This document shows positions 1 to 9,322 of a DNA stretch of 64,000 bases, piece after piece. The position numbers were made by a program, and so were the translations under genes. The notes beneath the pieces are model-generated. The model was given only the letters and a program-made list of their open reading frames with translations, made no database searches and had not been told where the DNA came from. This stretch comes from Candidatus Zixiibacteriota bacterium. Its GTDB lineage: Bacteria; RBG-13-66-14; B26-G2; WVWN01. The stretch's first letter is position 1. Every line of letters begins with the position of its first letter. The DNA is taken from positions 16,925 to 80,924 of the forward strand of contig JAUWLW010000002.1 of the NCBI GenBank assembly GCA_030613505.1, read 5' to 3'.

Positions 1-12
1 TTTTAAATAGGT

Positions 13-177
13 TTAACCCCAGGGGTTGGGTCGGGTCGATTCGGCCAGTTTTTCGGGGGGTACTAGTTTCTTCGAGGCCGCGACCCAGTAACGGTTGGGG
101 ATTAGTATGAGGGCCGCGGTCAGCAACAACAGTACCGCGACGACGAGGCGGTAAACGATCTTCGATTCGTTCGCCAT
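13..177 (-). CDS. possible small single-TM protein (54 aa)
   Basis: Hand translation MANESKIVYRLVVAVLLLLTAALILIPNRYWVAASKKLVPPEKLAESTRPNPWG; hydrophobic stretch; no recognised homology, no clear RBS. Confidence 0.35.
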   Translation of the reverse strand: MANESKIVYRLVVAVLLLLTAALILIPNRYWVAASKKLVPPEKLAESTRPNPWG

Positions 178-430
178 AAATACGGTAAATTTTTAGTGGG
201 TTAGCCGATATTGTAACATATTTATCTTTGCGAAGCAACAATATATACCGGCTCGTTTAACGGTATCTAGCAGTCCTTCTAGCCTAAATTATTGGTATTT
301 AATGGTTTGTGGTGCCACAATATAGTACGGGTCGGTCGGGTAGTTAGCTTTACGATTTAGTGGTATATATTTTATTGTCGCCCTTATAATGTTAAGACGT
401 AATTTTACTTAATTAAGACGAATTAAAAAT

Positions 431-455
431 AAGCCGGCCTACTGGCCGGCTTTTT
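431..455. terminator. intrinsic terminator hairpin downstream of paralog A
   Basis: AAGCCGGCC-tact-GGCCGGCTT with A-rich sequence on one side and a T-run on the other. Confidence 0.75.
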
Positions 456-476
456 CGTTGGCGTTCCGAGGAGGGG

Positions 477-1106
477 TCAGCGATACAGCGTTTTGACGCG
501 GCCGAGCGAGGTCGGCGCGACGCCGATGCCCTCGAGCGTTATGCGCATGTGGTGCCAGTAGTTGACGAGCGAGATCGAGCCGTTTACGTCGTAGTAGCCG
601 CGGTTTGTTCCGGCCGTCGCGTACGTCGACGTCTGGCCGAGCTTATCCGAGTCCTTCCAATAAACCTCTATTATGAGATTGCGCCGGCCGTCGTATCGGA
701 AGTCGGTATCGAAGGCCCAGCCGAACCAGGCGCCCCGTTCCGCGTAAATATACTGCTGACTCCGGCTGTAGATGTCGACCGGCGTGTTGCCGCCGTAGTT
801 GGCCTCGAAGTTATACGTCAGCTGCGAGAGCGACGTGTGGCACAAGCGCAGTTTGAAGTTGTGATAGGTGCCCGCTTTGTTCTCGGCCCCCGAGAGGTGG
901 CACCGCCACTCCCACTTCGTTATCGTACCCGCGGGGACGGCGTCGGTCGACAGAACCAGGTCCTGGTTCCGAACCCAGTTCTGCCCTCAACAACACCGGA
1001 AGGGGTACAGCGATTGGAGCTCGGTCCCGCCGACCGTTACGGTATCGCCTCGGGCGAGCGGCACGACGGCGGCTAGCGCGCACGCTATTATCAACGCTCT
1101 GGACAT
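477..1106 (-). CDS. secreted paralog A, putative selenoprotein (in-frame TGA 987-989, motif YPFRCC*GQ), 209 aa
   Basis: ATG 1106 with GGGGAAA RBS; signal peptide MSRALIIACALAAVVPLARG; frame continues through TGA into ORF 477..845; C-term VAPTSLGRVKTLYR. Confidence 0.85.
951..971 (-). promoter_or_regulatory. SECIS-like hairpin of paralog A
   Basis: CGGAACCAG-GAC-CTGGTTCTG, +16 to +36 after TGA. Confidence 0.75.
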
Positions 1107-1125
1107 AGAGGTTTCCCCTTTTCCG

Positions 1126-1773
1126 CTACCGGTGCAGCGTTTTGACGCGGCCGAGCGAGGTCGGCGCGACGCCGACGACGCTGATCGTAAGGCGCATATG
1201 GTGCAGGTAATTCATTAACTCGCCCTGGTTCGGGTAGCCGTGTTGGGGGTTGCCGTACCGAATCGACGAGTATAGGCCGCGGGACATGATCTTGGTAATG
1301 TACGTGGGAGCCGCCCCCTCGCCGGCGTCCTCCTCCCACCAAACTTCTATTATAAAGTTATCGCGGCCGTTGTACGCGAAGGGCGTGCCGAAGGGCCAGC
1401 CGAACCACGACTCGGCGGGCGGGTTGACGTTGTGCGAGCTGCGATAGAACACGCGTACCGGCGTGTTGCCGGCGTAATTGGTTTGAAAGGTATTCGTAAG
1501 CGCGTTGAGGTTCGTGTGGCATAGTTTTATCCTGAAATCTTTATAGGTCCCCCCGACTATACTACCGTTCGCGTGCCACTCCAACTTCGTAATCGAACCG
1601 GCGGGCACGGCGTCGCTCTGAAGAACCAGGTCCTGGATCCTCACGGCGCTGTAGTCTCAACACCCGTAGAACGGGAACCCCTCGGTGCTTTGGGTTCCGC
1701 CGACGACGACCTGTACCGCGAAAACCGGGGCGGCGGTCAGAAAGGCGGCGGTAAAAATCGCAAACGTCTTCAT
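1126..1773 (-). CDS. secreted paralog B, putative selenoprotein (in-frame TGA 1657-1659, motif FPFYGC*DY), 215 aa
   Basis: ATG 1773 with GGGAG RBS; signal peptide MKTFAIFTAAFLTAAPVFA; in frame with ORF 1126..1644; C-term VAPTSLGRVKTLHR. Confidence 0.85.
1621..1641 (-). promoter_or_regulatory. SECIS-like hairpin of paralog B
   Basis: AGGATCCAG-GAC-CTGGTTCTT (one U-U mismatch), +16 to +36 after TGA. Confidence 0.7.
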
Positions 1774-1823
1774 TTCGAATCTCCCTGTTGGCGCTACGGC
1801 CATGAATTCAAATTCACGATAAT

Positions 1824-1852
1824 ATGATATCTGAGGTTTGAATACGCGTCAA
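1824..1852 (-). promoter_or_regulatory. sigma70-type promoter for paralogs B-A
   Basis: TTGACG-N17-TATCAT on minus strand. Confidence 0.6.
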
Positions 1853-1921
1853 GTTAATTACTCGTGACAAAACCGGCGTTCCGGCCGGTTCTCTGGACGC
1901 GGGTTCTTTCGGGGAAAATGG

Positions 1922-2626
1922 CTACGAGAGGCCGTATTCGCGCAGTAGACCCTCGTCCGTAAGGATTTCGCGCGCCGGCCCGGCCGCGACGACACGTCCT
2001 CGCGCGAGGACTGCAACGTCGGCGCAAAGCTGCGCGACGAACGCCAGGTCGTGGCTCGCGATTACCTTGGTGCCGCCGAGTGAACCCAGCAGTCCGGCCA
2101 GCTCGCGACGGCCTCGGCCGTCGAGGTTCGCCGTCGGCTCGTCGAGCGCGAGTACGTCCGGTTTCAAGGCCAGCGCCGCGGCGAGCGAAGCGCGCCGCCG
2201 TTCCCCCAGCGACATGTGGTGGGGGGAGCGCTTCTCGTAGCCTTGCAGGCTCGTTGCGGCCAGGGCCTCCCGGACGCGCGCGGTCACTGCTTCGTCCGGC
2301 AGACCTAAGTTCCGCGGGCCGAAGGCGACGTCGTCCTCCAGGCGCGGCATGAAGAGCATATCGTCCGGGTTCTGGAAGACGAGGCCGACGCGGCGCCGTA
2401 TATCTTTAACGTTCCGCTTCGTTATCGGTTCGCCGAATATCTCCACCGCGCCGTCGCCGTTCAATATGCCGTTGAGGTGCAACAGCAGCGTCGATTTGCC
2501 GGCGCCGTTGGCGCCGACGACGCCGACGGTCGCGCCCGCTTCGACCGTGAGGTCTACGCCGTTCAACGCCGACGTACCGTCAGGGTAGGCGTAGCTAAGG
2601 TTTTGTATTTTTATTGCGACGGTCAT
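1922..2626 (-). CDS. cbiO: Ni/Co ECF transporter ATPase
   Basis: Walker [16 protein letters not shown], LSxGE-like MSLGE, LDEPT; operon with cbiM/cbiQ. Confidence 0.92.
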   Translation of the reverse strand: MTVAIKIQNLSYAYPDGTSALNGVDLTVEAGATVGVVGANGAGKSTLLLHLNGILNGDGAVEIFGEPITKRNVKDIRRRVGLVFQNPDDMLFMPRLEDDVAFGPRNLGLPDEAVTARVREALAATSLQGYEKRSPHHMSLGERRRASLAAALALKPDVLALDEPTANLDGRGRRELAGLLGSLGGTKVIASHDLAFVAQLCADVAVLARGRVVAAGPAREILTDEGLLREYGLS

Positions 2627-3303
2627 ATTTTATTTAAGTCGTAACCGCGGCTGAGCATCGCGGCCCAGATCCGCTCGGCGCGTTCGTAGCTGCGGACGAA
2701 GAGCGCGGCCACCGCGGGCCCGAGCGTCCGGAATTGGGCGAGCCGCCTGCGGCCGAAGTAGCGCGCCGCCCACGCCCGCTGTAGCCGCTCGATTTCTTCC
2801 ACCAGCACGAATATATAGCGATAGGTAAACGAGAGCAGGGATAAAAGAAATACCGGAACGCGGAACCAGGCCAACCCTTTCAGTAAAGATTGGAACGGCG
2901 TTGTCGCGAGTAAAAGAACGACGTACGCGAGGGAAAGGTAAGCTTTAACGATTACCGTCGCGTATAACCGCAGGCCGGCGTCGGAAATTACCGCGGCGTG
3001 GCCGAAGGCAGGCAATTGCCATATGGCCCGGCCTTCCGTGGTAAAGGGGAGGAAAATCCCTATTATAATGGAGAAAGGGAGTACGGCTGCCGCGCGAGCG
3101 AACACGTACCGAAACGGCAACCGGGCCGCGGCGACGGCGGCCACGAGGAGGGCCGCGGCCGCGGCCGGCACGTACCAGGGGGGCGCGCGAAGGGCGTTTA
3201 GGGTAACGATTGCCGCCGCCGCGACTATTATTTTTACCCGGGCGTCGCGGCGGTGAAAGAAGCTGTCGCGTTCGCTGTACTTGTCGAGGAAGCTGTGGCG
3301 CAT
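2623..3303 (-). CDS. cbiQ: Ni/Co ECF transporter T component
   Basis: DARVK N-term, [25 protein letters not shown] motif. Confidence 0.92.
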   Translation of the reverse strand: MRHSFLDKYSERDSFFHRRDARVKIIVAAAAIVTLNALRAPPWYVPAAAAALLVAAVAAARLPFRYVFARAAAVLPFSIIIGIFLPFTTEGRAIWQLPAFGHAAVISDAGLRLYATVIVKAYLSLAYVVLLLATTPFQSLLKGLAWFRVPVFLLSLLSFTYRYIFVLVEEIERLQRAWAARYFGRRRLAQFRTLGPAVAALFVRSYERAERIWAAMLSRGYDLNKI

Positions 3304-3591
3304 CTAATTACGGCGTTTACGGAGCGTTGCCGCCAACGCGAAGGCTACGGCGAACGTCAGCGCCGTCCCTAAGCCGCCCGCTAAGGCGGTCGCGAGCCGT
3401 TCGCCCCTTACGCCGGGGAACGCGTAGTCCGGAACCGGCGACGAGACGAGGGGTTCGCCCTCGCCCCGGCCCAGGAAACCTTTGGCTTGTGCAACTCGCT
3501 CGAGGCCGTCGAGCCAGCTCGAGGCGAACGGCGAAACGATTACGCCGAGGAATAGCGCCGCGGCCAGCGCAACCCAGGTGAACTTTTTCAC
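3304..3591 (-). CDS. PDGLE-domain (NikN/CbiN-like) accessory membrane protein
   Basis: GTG start overlapping cbiM stop (GTGA); SPFASSWLDGLERVA and PVPDY motifs; two TM segments. Confidence 0.85.
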   Translation of the reverse strand: MKKFTWVALAAALFLGVIVSPFASSWLDGLERVAQAKGFLGRGEGEPLVSSPVPDYAFPGVRGERLATALAGGLGTALTFAVAFALAATLRKRRN

Positions 3592-4235
3592 CGCGCGCCA
3601 CCCCCCGGCGCGAGCTCGAGCAGGTCGGGCCGTGTCGCCCGAAGCGCGCCCAGCGCCAGCGCCGTTATGAGCCCTTCGCCGACGCCGATGACGGCGTGTA
3701 CGACCGTCATCGCCGGGAGGACCACGGCCAACGGTATCGTTCCCGATATGGCAAGCTCCACCGCGCACGTTGACGCCGCCGCCACTACGGCGAGCCAGGC
3801 CGCTGCGAAAGACGCGACGAACCTACCGGCCTCGTTCCGCCACAAGCGCCGTATCAAACGGTATAGGCCGTACCCGACGAAAGGCGTGACGACGGCCATA
3901 TTGAACACGTTGGCGCCCAGCGCCAGGACGCCGCCGTCGCCGAAGACCAGCGCTTGGATGACGAGGACGAGCGTCATTACCAACGTGGCCGCCCAAGGCC
4001 CCAGGATGATGGCTGCCAGCGCGCCGCCGGCGAAGTGTCCCGACGTTCCGCCGGCGACGGGGAAATTCAACATCTGCGAGGCGAAGATGAAGGCCGCGAG
4101 CACCGCCATAAGCGGTACGGCGCGCTCGCTCAACGCGCGGCGGGCGCGCGCGGCCGCGACGGCGACGAAACCTGCTCCGACGACATCGAGTGCTACGAAC
4201 GTCTTGGCGTCCAGGAAACCGTCGGGAATATGCAT
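3588..4235 (-). CDS. cbiM: Ni/Co ECF S component CbiM/NikM
   Basis: MHIPDGFL metal-binding N-terminus, GTSGH, GDGG, HAVIGVGEG. Confidence 0.95.
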   Translation of the reverse strand: MHIPDGFLDAKTFVALDVVGAGFVAVAAARARRALSERAVPLMAVLAAFIFASQMLNFPVAGGTSGHFAGGALAAIILGPWAATLVMTLVLVIQALVFGDGGVLALGANVFNMAVVTPFVGYGLYRLIRRLWRNEAGRFVASFAAAWLAVVAAASTCAVELAISGTIPLAVVLPAMTVVHAVIGVGEGLITALALGALRATRPDLLELAPGGGAR

Positions 4236-4245
4236 GCGCGCTCCT

Positions 4246-4992
4246 TTAGAACACGGCCCACGTCGCGCCTACGGTGGCGCCGAATTCACCTTCCGCGGCG
4301 CCGAAGCCGAACGAAACGCCGGCGTCCAAAACGAGGGCTTTTACGACGGCGTAACTAAACCCGCCGCCGGCCGACATTGCGTACTTACCCGTCTCTTCAT
4401 CTCGGGCGAAGTCGGCCAGTACCTCGGCCGCTACGCCGAGACGTTCCCCGGGGAAAACCTCGGCCGCAACAGCCGCGAATGCGCAACCCTTGGCTTCGCG
4501 GCTCTTAGGAAACGCGTGGCTGTAGCCCACGTTGCCGTGGAGCGTCGCTGCGCCGACGGCGAGACTCGCGGCCGCCAAGGCGGCGACGTCGTTCGAGCCG
4601 CTACCGAGGCCCCGGACCTCGTCCCCCGTGGCGAACTTTATCTCCGGGACGACGGCCAACGTCAGGAGCCTGACCTCCGCCAGCTTGAACTTGGCGCGCG
4701 CCGCGACGTCACCGAAGCCGAAGGCCTTTTCGCCTCCTTCGACCCTAGAGAGGACCACCGGGACTTCCATTGCGGCGTCGAAGACGTCCGCCACGCCGTA
4801 CGTGACGACGAGGCCGTGGCCGTATTGCCGGCACTCTTTCGGCGCGTCGGCGTACTCGAGGCCGAATTCCAGTTCCAACGACCGGCGGCCGACGGTATAA
4901 GCGTCTTCGGTCGCCAGCGGCCGGCCCGCCCAGGAGGGGACGGCGGCCACGTAGAATATCAGTACCGCGTATAATATCCTCATATAACCCAC
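4246..4992 (-). CDS. putative outer-membrane beta-barrel transporter (start may be ATG 4983)
   Basis: Signal peptide, RPLATEDA N-term, GFGD..K motif, alternating beta strands, C-terminal Phe. Confidence 0.7.
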   Translation of the reverse strand: MGYMRILYAVLIFYVAAVPSWAGRPLATEDAYTVGRRSLELEFGLEYADAPKECRQYGHGLVVTYGVADVFDAAMEVPVVLSRVEGGEKAFGFGDVAARAKFKLAEVRLLTLAVVPEIKFATGDEVRGLGSGSNDVAALAAASLAVGAATLHGNVGYSHAFPKSREAKGCAFAAVAAEVFPGERLGVAAEVLADFARDEETGKYAMSAGGGFSYAVVKALVLDAGVSFGFGAAEGEFGATVGATWAVF

Positions 4993-5019
4993 GTAACACT
5001 ATTATAAAATATGTGTTAC
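4993..5019. promoter_or_regulatory. probable NikR operator
   Basis: Perfect inverted repeat GTAACAC-N13-GTGTTAC between nikR and the uptake operon; it contains a minus-strand TATAAT. Confidence 0.75.
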
Positions 5020-5047
5020 TAGAATCTAATAAAAAAAGGCGCTCGTG

Positions 5048-5467
5048 TCAAGGTAATTCTTTACCCGCGGCTACGAGGGTGAGCTTGCCGTGCTTGACGC
5101 CGCGGGCGCCGATAAGGTGGTCCGCCAGGGCTCGGATCTCGCTTGCTTTCCCCCTGACGACGAGGACTTCGAGGCAGCGGTGGCGCTCGAGGTGGACGTG
5201 AAGGGTGGAGACGACGACGCCGGCGTGTTCGTGCTGAATGTCGGTGAGTTTCTCCTGGAGGTCGGGGACGTGGTGGTCGTAAACCAGCGTAACGGTCCCG
5301 ACCGCGGGGCCGCGCCCCGCCTTCCACGCCTCCTCCGCCAGGTAGTCCCGGAGGAGGTCGCGAATGGCCTCCGAACGGGAGGCGTAGCCCTTGCGATCTA
5401 TCAACCGGTCGAACTCGCGCAGGAGCTCTTCCGCCAGCGAAACGCCGAAACGACTCGTTTTTGACAT
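5048..5467 (-). CDS. nikR: nickel-responsive regulator NikR
   Basis: RFGVSL..SRSEAIRD ribbon-helix-helix; YDHH, QH, HVHL..CLE Ni-binding residues. Confidence 0.96.
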   Translation of the reverse strand: MSKTSRFGVSLAEELLREFDRLIDRKGYASRSEAIRDLLRDYLAEEAWKAGRGPAVGTVTLVYDHHVPDLQEKLTDIQHEHAGVVVSTLHVHLERHRCLEVLVVRGKASEIRALADHLIGARGVKHGKLTLVAAGKELP

Positions 5468-5501
5468 ATCTAAGAAATAGTCGTATTGAAAGGTTGCTGC
5501 T

Positions 5502-7004
5502 TCAGAATTTACTCCAGAACAATAGATTATACAACAGGGCTTGTCCTACGTTCAAGACGATGAATATCAACGGCATCGCCGCCGTCCCCCGTTCGCGGCT
5601 AAGACGCGTAAGCTCCGCCGCCGCGGGAACGACGAACATCGGGACGAGGAACGCGCCCACCCGCTCCATTTCGCCCAATACGAGTCCCGAGAAGTTAAAC
5701 GCCAAAAACGCCGCCGCGAACGACAGCGTAATAGCGCCGTAGATAGACCGGCGGACTTCCTTTACGGTGATCGCCCTGAATAATCCCCGCGCATACAGTA
5801 CCGCGGTGGGGATGCCCATCGAGGCCGCCAGCGTGAATAAGTTGGCGAATACGTAGACGCCGTACTGCCGGTGCCCCGAGCCCGGCGCTTCGAATCCGGG
5901 TAGGCCGAGGGTCCTTCCGATGAATTTAACTACGTCGTCGCCGGCGGCGTGTATTCTTTGGGCTTCGGCGAAGCACCGCTTGAAGACGGCGACGTGGTCG
6001 TAGCCGGTTACGAGCTGGAAGGCGGCGAGCGCCGCGAAGGCGACGGCGACCGCCGTAACCCACCATCCGAACGAGCGGAGCCAACCGCGGCCCTTTATCG
6101 CCGCGGCCAGCGCGAACGCTCCCAGGATGGGCACGAGCGCCGCCAGCACGTACGACGTCGTCAGCGCTACCGCCAGGGCGACGCCCGCCGCTACCGCCCA
6201 GGGCCAGGGCCTTTTGGTCGTGGCCGCCAAGAGGCCGAAGGTCATTATCGCTGCCGCGAGCAGGCAGTTAAGGCCGTCGGGTTCCGAGCCGAAAATCAAT
6301 AATATTGGCGCGGTGGCCAGTAGGGCCGCGGCCCAAAGGGCCCGGCGTTTGTCCGTTATGGCTCGCGCGCCGTAGTAGAGGACCGGTACGCTGGCGGCGG
6401 CGATTACCATAAATGCGAGAGCGAGGGCGTACGTATTGCCGCCGAGCAAACGGTCGAGGCCGCCGAGCAGCCAATAGACGAAGGCGGGACGGACGCGGCA
6501 ATGGGCGTGGACGTATACGAGCTCCGTAACGCGTGCGATGTCAACGAGCGGATGGGGTAGGCCGAGTATATTGCGGGCGTCTTCGACGAAGCGCTCGACC
6601 CAGACGAGCGGTAGGTTGCGGCCTACGCCGGGGGCGAAGCTGACGGCGATTATTCCCGCCAAGCCGCCGGCCCCGATAATGAGGGGCTTCCCGGACCGCG
6701 CGCCGTAGAATATCGCCCAGGCCCCGGCCGCGGCGGCCGCGGCGGTCGGCAGCAGGAGCCAAGATACCCTCGGGTCGGAATAAGCGTTGAATGGTAAAAA
6801 CCAGGTCCGCCCTTCGTAGCTCGAAAATTCGAAAATTACGTTCAGGATGAAGACGAGGACCACGGCGGCGTAAGCGGCCGTTATTTGGACGTAGACGTTG
6901 CCGCATATCCGGCGCCATGGCTTCTTCGCCTTGAGGCCGGCTTCCTGGTCGTCGCGCCCCGGACGTGTGCTTTTGCCGTCGGCGTTAGATTTCAACGTCT
7001 CCAC
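5502..7004 (-). CDS. multi-TM GT-C/PMT-like glycosyltransferase-type membrane protein
   Basis: ~11-13 TM; RVRP, GYDHVAVF, GEMER motifs; paralog of 7034..8473. Confidence 0.6.
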   Translation of the reverse strand: METLKSNADGKSTRPGRDDQEAGLKAKKPWRRICGNVYVQITAAYAAVVLVFILNVIFEFSSYEGRTWFLPFNAYSDPRVSWLLLPTAAAAAAGAWAIFYGARSGKPLIIGAGGLAGIIAVSFAPGVGRNLPLVWVERFVEDARNILGLPHPLVDIARVTELVYVHAHCRVRPAFVYWLLGGLDRLLGGNTYALALAFMVIAAASVPVLYYGARAITDKRRALWAAALLATAPILLIFGSEPDGLNCLLAAAIMTFGLLAATTKRPWPWAVAAGVALAVALTTSYVLAALVPILGAFALAAAIKGRGWLRSFGWWVTAVAVAFAALAAFQLVTGYDHVAVFKRCFAEAQRIHAAGDDVVKFIGRTLGLPGFEAPGSGHRQYGVYVFANLFTLAASMGIPTAVLYARGLFRAITVKEVRRSIYGAITLSFAAAFLAFNFSGLVLGEMERVGAFLVPMFVVPAAAELTRLSRERGTAAMPLIFIVLNVGQALLYNLLFWSKF

Positions 7005-7033
7005 GGATTTGCCTTCAACGTAGTCGCCGCGTT

Positions 7034-8473
7034 TTAGAACAAGAAGATCTTGTAAACGAAAGATTGAATCATCATGAGCGCGAAAATACCGGCTACCAAC
7101 TTACCGCCGCCTCGCCGCTTCGCAAGGTCCGCTAACGCCACTCCCGCGGCGACGAAGAACGCCGGATACAGGAAAAGCCACACGCGTTCGACTTCGCCCA
7201 GGACCAATCCGGAAAAGTTGAAGGCCAGAAACACCAGCAAGAAGCCGATAGTAGTCGCGCCGTAAAACGAGCGGCGGGTGCGCTTTTGCCGGATTACCCG
7301 GAATACTTCGCGTACGAATAGGACGCCGACCGGGACGCCGACCGCGACGAAGGCCGTGAAGAGGTTGCCGAACGCGTAGAACCAGTATGGCCGCGCGGCG
7401 GCCTTGCTCGCCGTATCGGCGTGGCGCCCGAATAGCTTGCCTATTAACGCTAATACGTTAGTCCCCGCCGAGGGGAGCTGCTGGTTGGCCCAGCACGCCT
7501 TTTTGAAGACGGCCACGTGGTCGTAGCCGGTGGCGAGCTGGAACGCCGCGAGCGCCGCGGCCGCCACCGCGGGAATGAGCAGCCACGCCAGGCCCGCTCT
7601 CGTCCACCGCCGGCCCGAAACCGCTGCGGCTATGGCGAACGTCACGAAAACGGCCACGTATATCCCGAGCGGGAAGTACGTCAGTAGCGCGACGGCGAGG
7701 ACGACGCCGGCCGCGGCGGCCCAGCGCCAGGGCGTCGCGGAGGAGGCGGCCTTCAATCCCAGCGCCAACAGCGCCGTGCCCAAAAGGCAGTACAGCCCGA
7801 CGGGCCCGGCGCCAAAGAATAGGAGCGATGGCGAGCACGCGAACAACGCCGCCGCTAGTAGCGCCTCCTCCCGTCCGGTTACGACGCGCGCCGCGGCGTA
7901 CAATACCCACACGCAGGCCGCGGCGACCGCGACGTACACGAGCAAGATGGCGTAAATGTTGCTTTCGCACAAACGGTCGACCAGACCGAGGGACCAAAAA
8001 GTGAGGCCCGGGCGCGTGCGGCCCAACGAGCTGAGGTTTTTCATAGCCTCGACGTAACCCGCGAAGACGTTGGGTACGTCGAAGGCCGCGCGCGTATTGA
8101 GGAGGTACCTGTTGAGCGCGAGAAGAGGGTACGTTCGACCGAAGGCGGGGCCGAGGCTTATGGCGGCGACATTTACGAACGCGCCCAGCGGAAGGACCCA
8201 GTGCTTGCGCGCGCGAACGCCCCATACGAGGAGCGCGGTGGCGCCGACGACGGCCGCGGCCGCGGGGAGGAGGCGCCACGAGAAGCGGGGGTCCCAATAC
8301 GTAAAAAGCGGCGAGAGCCAGATTTTGCCCAGATATTCCGAGCGGAAGAGGAAGGCCCGGGCGGCCAAAACCGCGGCGACGAAGCCGTAAGCGACGGCTA
8401 GGTAGACGTAAAAATTCGACGCCCGGCGCGCGGGCGCGGTTTTACCGGCGGCTTCCGGCTGTGGCGCTTCCAC
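7034..8473 (-). CDS. multi-TM GT-C/PMT-like glycosyltransferase-type membrane protein
   Basis: RTRPG, GYDHVAVF, GEVERVW motifs; tandem paralog. Confidence 0.6.
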   Translation of the reverse strand: MEAPQPEAAGKTAPARRASNFYVYLAVAYGFVAAVLAARAFLFRSEYLGKIWLSPLFTYWDPRFSWRLLPAAAAVVGATALLVWGVRARKHWVLPLGAFVNVAAISLGPAFGRTYPLLALNRYLLNTRAAFDVPNVFAGYVEAMKNLSSLGRTRPGLTFWSLGLVDRLCESNIYAILLVYVAVAAACVWVLYAAARVVTGREEALLAAALFACSPSLLFFGAGPVGLYCLLGTALLALGLKAASSATPWRWAAAAGVVLAVALLTYFPLGIYVAVFVTFAIAAAVSGRRWTRAGLAWLLIPAVAAAALAAFQLATGYDHVAVFKKACWANQQLPSAGTNVLALIGKLFGRHADTASKAAARPYWFYAFGNLFTAFVAVGVPVGVLFVREVFRVIRQKRTRRSFYGATTIGFLLVFLAFNFSGLVLGEVERVWLFLYPAFFVAAGVALADLAKRRGGGKLVAGIFALMMIQSFVYKIFLF

Positions 8474-8554
8474 GTCGAAACTATAATTGATTACCCTTGG
8501 AGCCGCAATAAAAAAACCCGCCGGGCGGGCCTTCGAGTCGGCGGCGGTTAATTC

Positions 8555-9322
8555 CTAGCCGCGGGCGAGCAGCGCCGCGCCGAGGGCGCCGACGAACTGG
8601 GGCTCCGGCAGGACCTCCACGTCGCGGCCGAGCGCGGCGGCCAACGCCCGGGCGAAACCCCTGTTTAGCGCTACGCCCCCCGAGAGGACGTAGCGGCTCC
8701 CGCCCAACCGGGAGGCGAGCGACGATACGCGTTCCGCCACCGCGCGCAATACCCCCGCGCCGATGGCGGCCGGTTCTACGTCCTCGTGCAGCAGGCCGAC
8801 GACTTCCGATTCGGCGAAGACGGTGCACATATTGTTGACCTTGGCCGCGTCGGGCCGGGACGCGTCGAGGGCCGCCAGCTCGAGCAGATCCATTTCCAGC
8901 GCCCGGGCCATGATCTCGAGAAAGCGGCCCGTCCCGGCGGCGCAGCGGTCGTTCATCGCGAACTCAGCCACGCCGCCGCGGCCGTTTACTCGTATAGCTT
9001 TAACGTCCTGGCCGCCGACGTCGACGACGGTGACGTCGCCGCCGACGTGTTCGAAGGCGCCGCGGGCGTGGCACATTATTTCGGTTACGGCGCGGTCCGC
9101 GAAAGGTACGCGCGCGCGGCCGTAACCCGTACCGACGACGCGAGCCACCTCCGGTTCGGTTGCCCTTAATTCGGCCAAAGCCTCGTCGAAGGCTTTACGC
9201 GCCGCGACGGCGCCGGCGACGCCGGTGGGGAGGGCCGCTTTGGCGGCGGCCCTCCCGTCGTCGTTAATAACCACGCACTTGGTCGCCAGCGACCCTACGT
9301 CTATGCCGGCGTAATAAGCCAT
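8555..9322 (-). CDS. ATP-dependent activator (HgdC/BadF ASKHA family, DCCP-R-like)
   Basis: GIDVGS, TGYGR, DVGGQD, MNDRCAAGTGRFLE, CTVFAESEV motifs. Confidence 0.92.
   Translation of the reverse strand: MAYYAGIDVGSLATKCVVINDDGRAAAKAALPTGVAGAVAARKAFDEALAELRATEPEVARVVGTGYGRARVPFADRAVTEIMCHARGAFEHVGGDVTVVDVGGQDVKAIRVNGRGGVAEFAMNDRCAAGTGRFLEIMARALEMDLLELAALDASRPDAAKVNNMCTVFAESEVVGLLHEDVEPAAIGAGVLRAVAERVSSLASRLGGSRYVLSGGVALNRGFARALAAALGRDVEVLPEPQFVGALGAALLARG

Noticed and set aside
3667-4974. Long + strand ORF (435 aa), and similar overlapping ORFs such as 34028..35464, 7458..8297 and 39463..40341
   Set aside because: Antisense or alternate-frame shadows of well-supported genes in high-GC DNA, with Arg/Ala/Pro-rich low-information translations.
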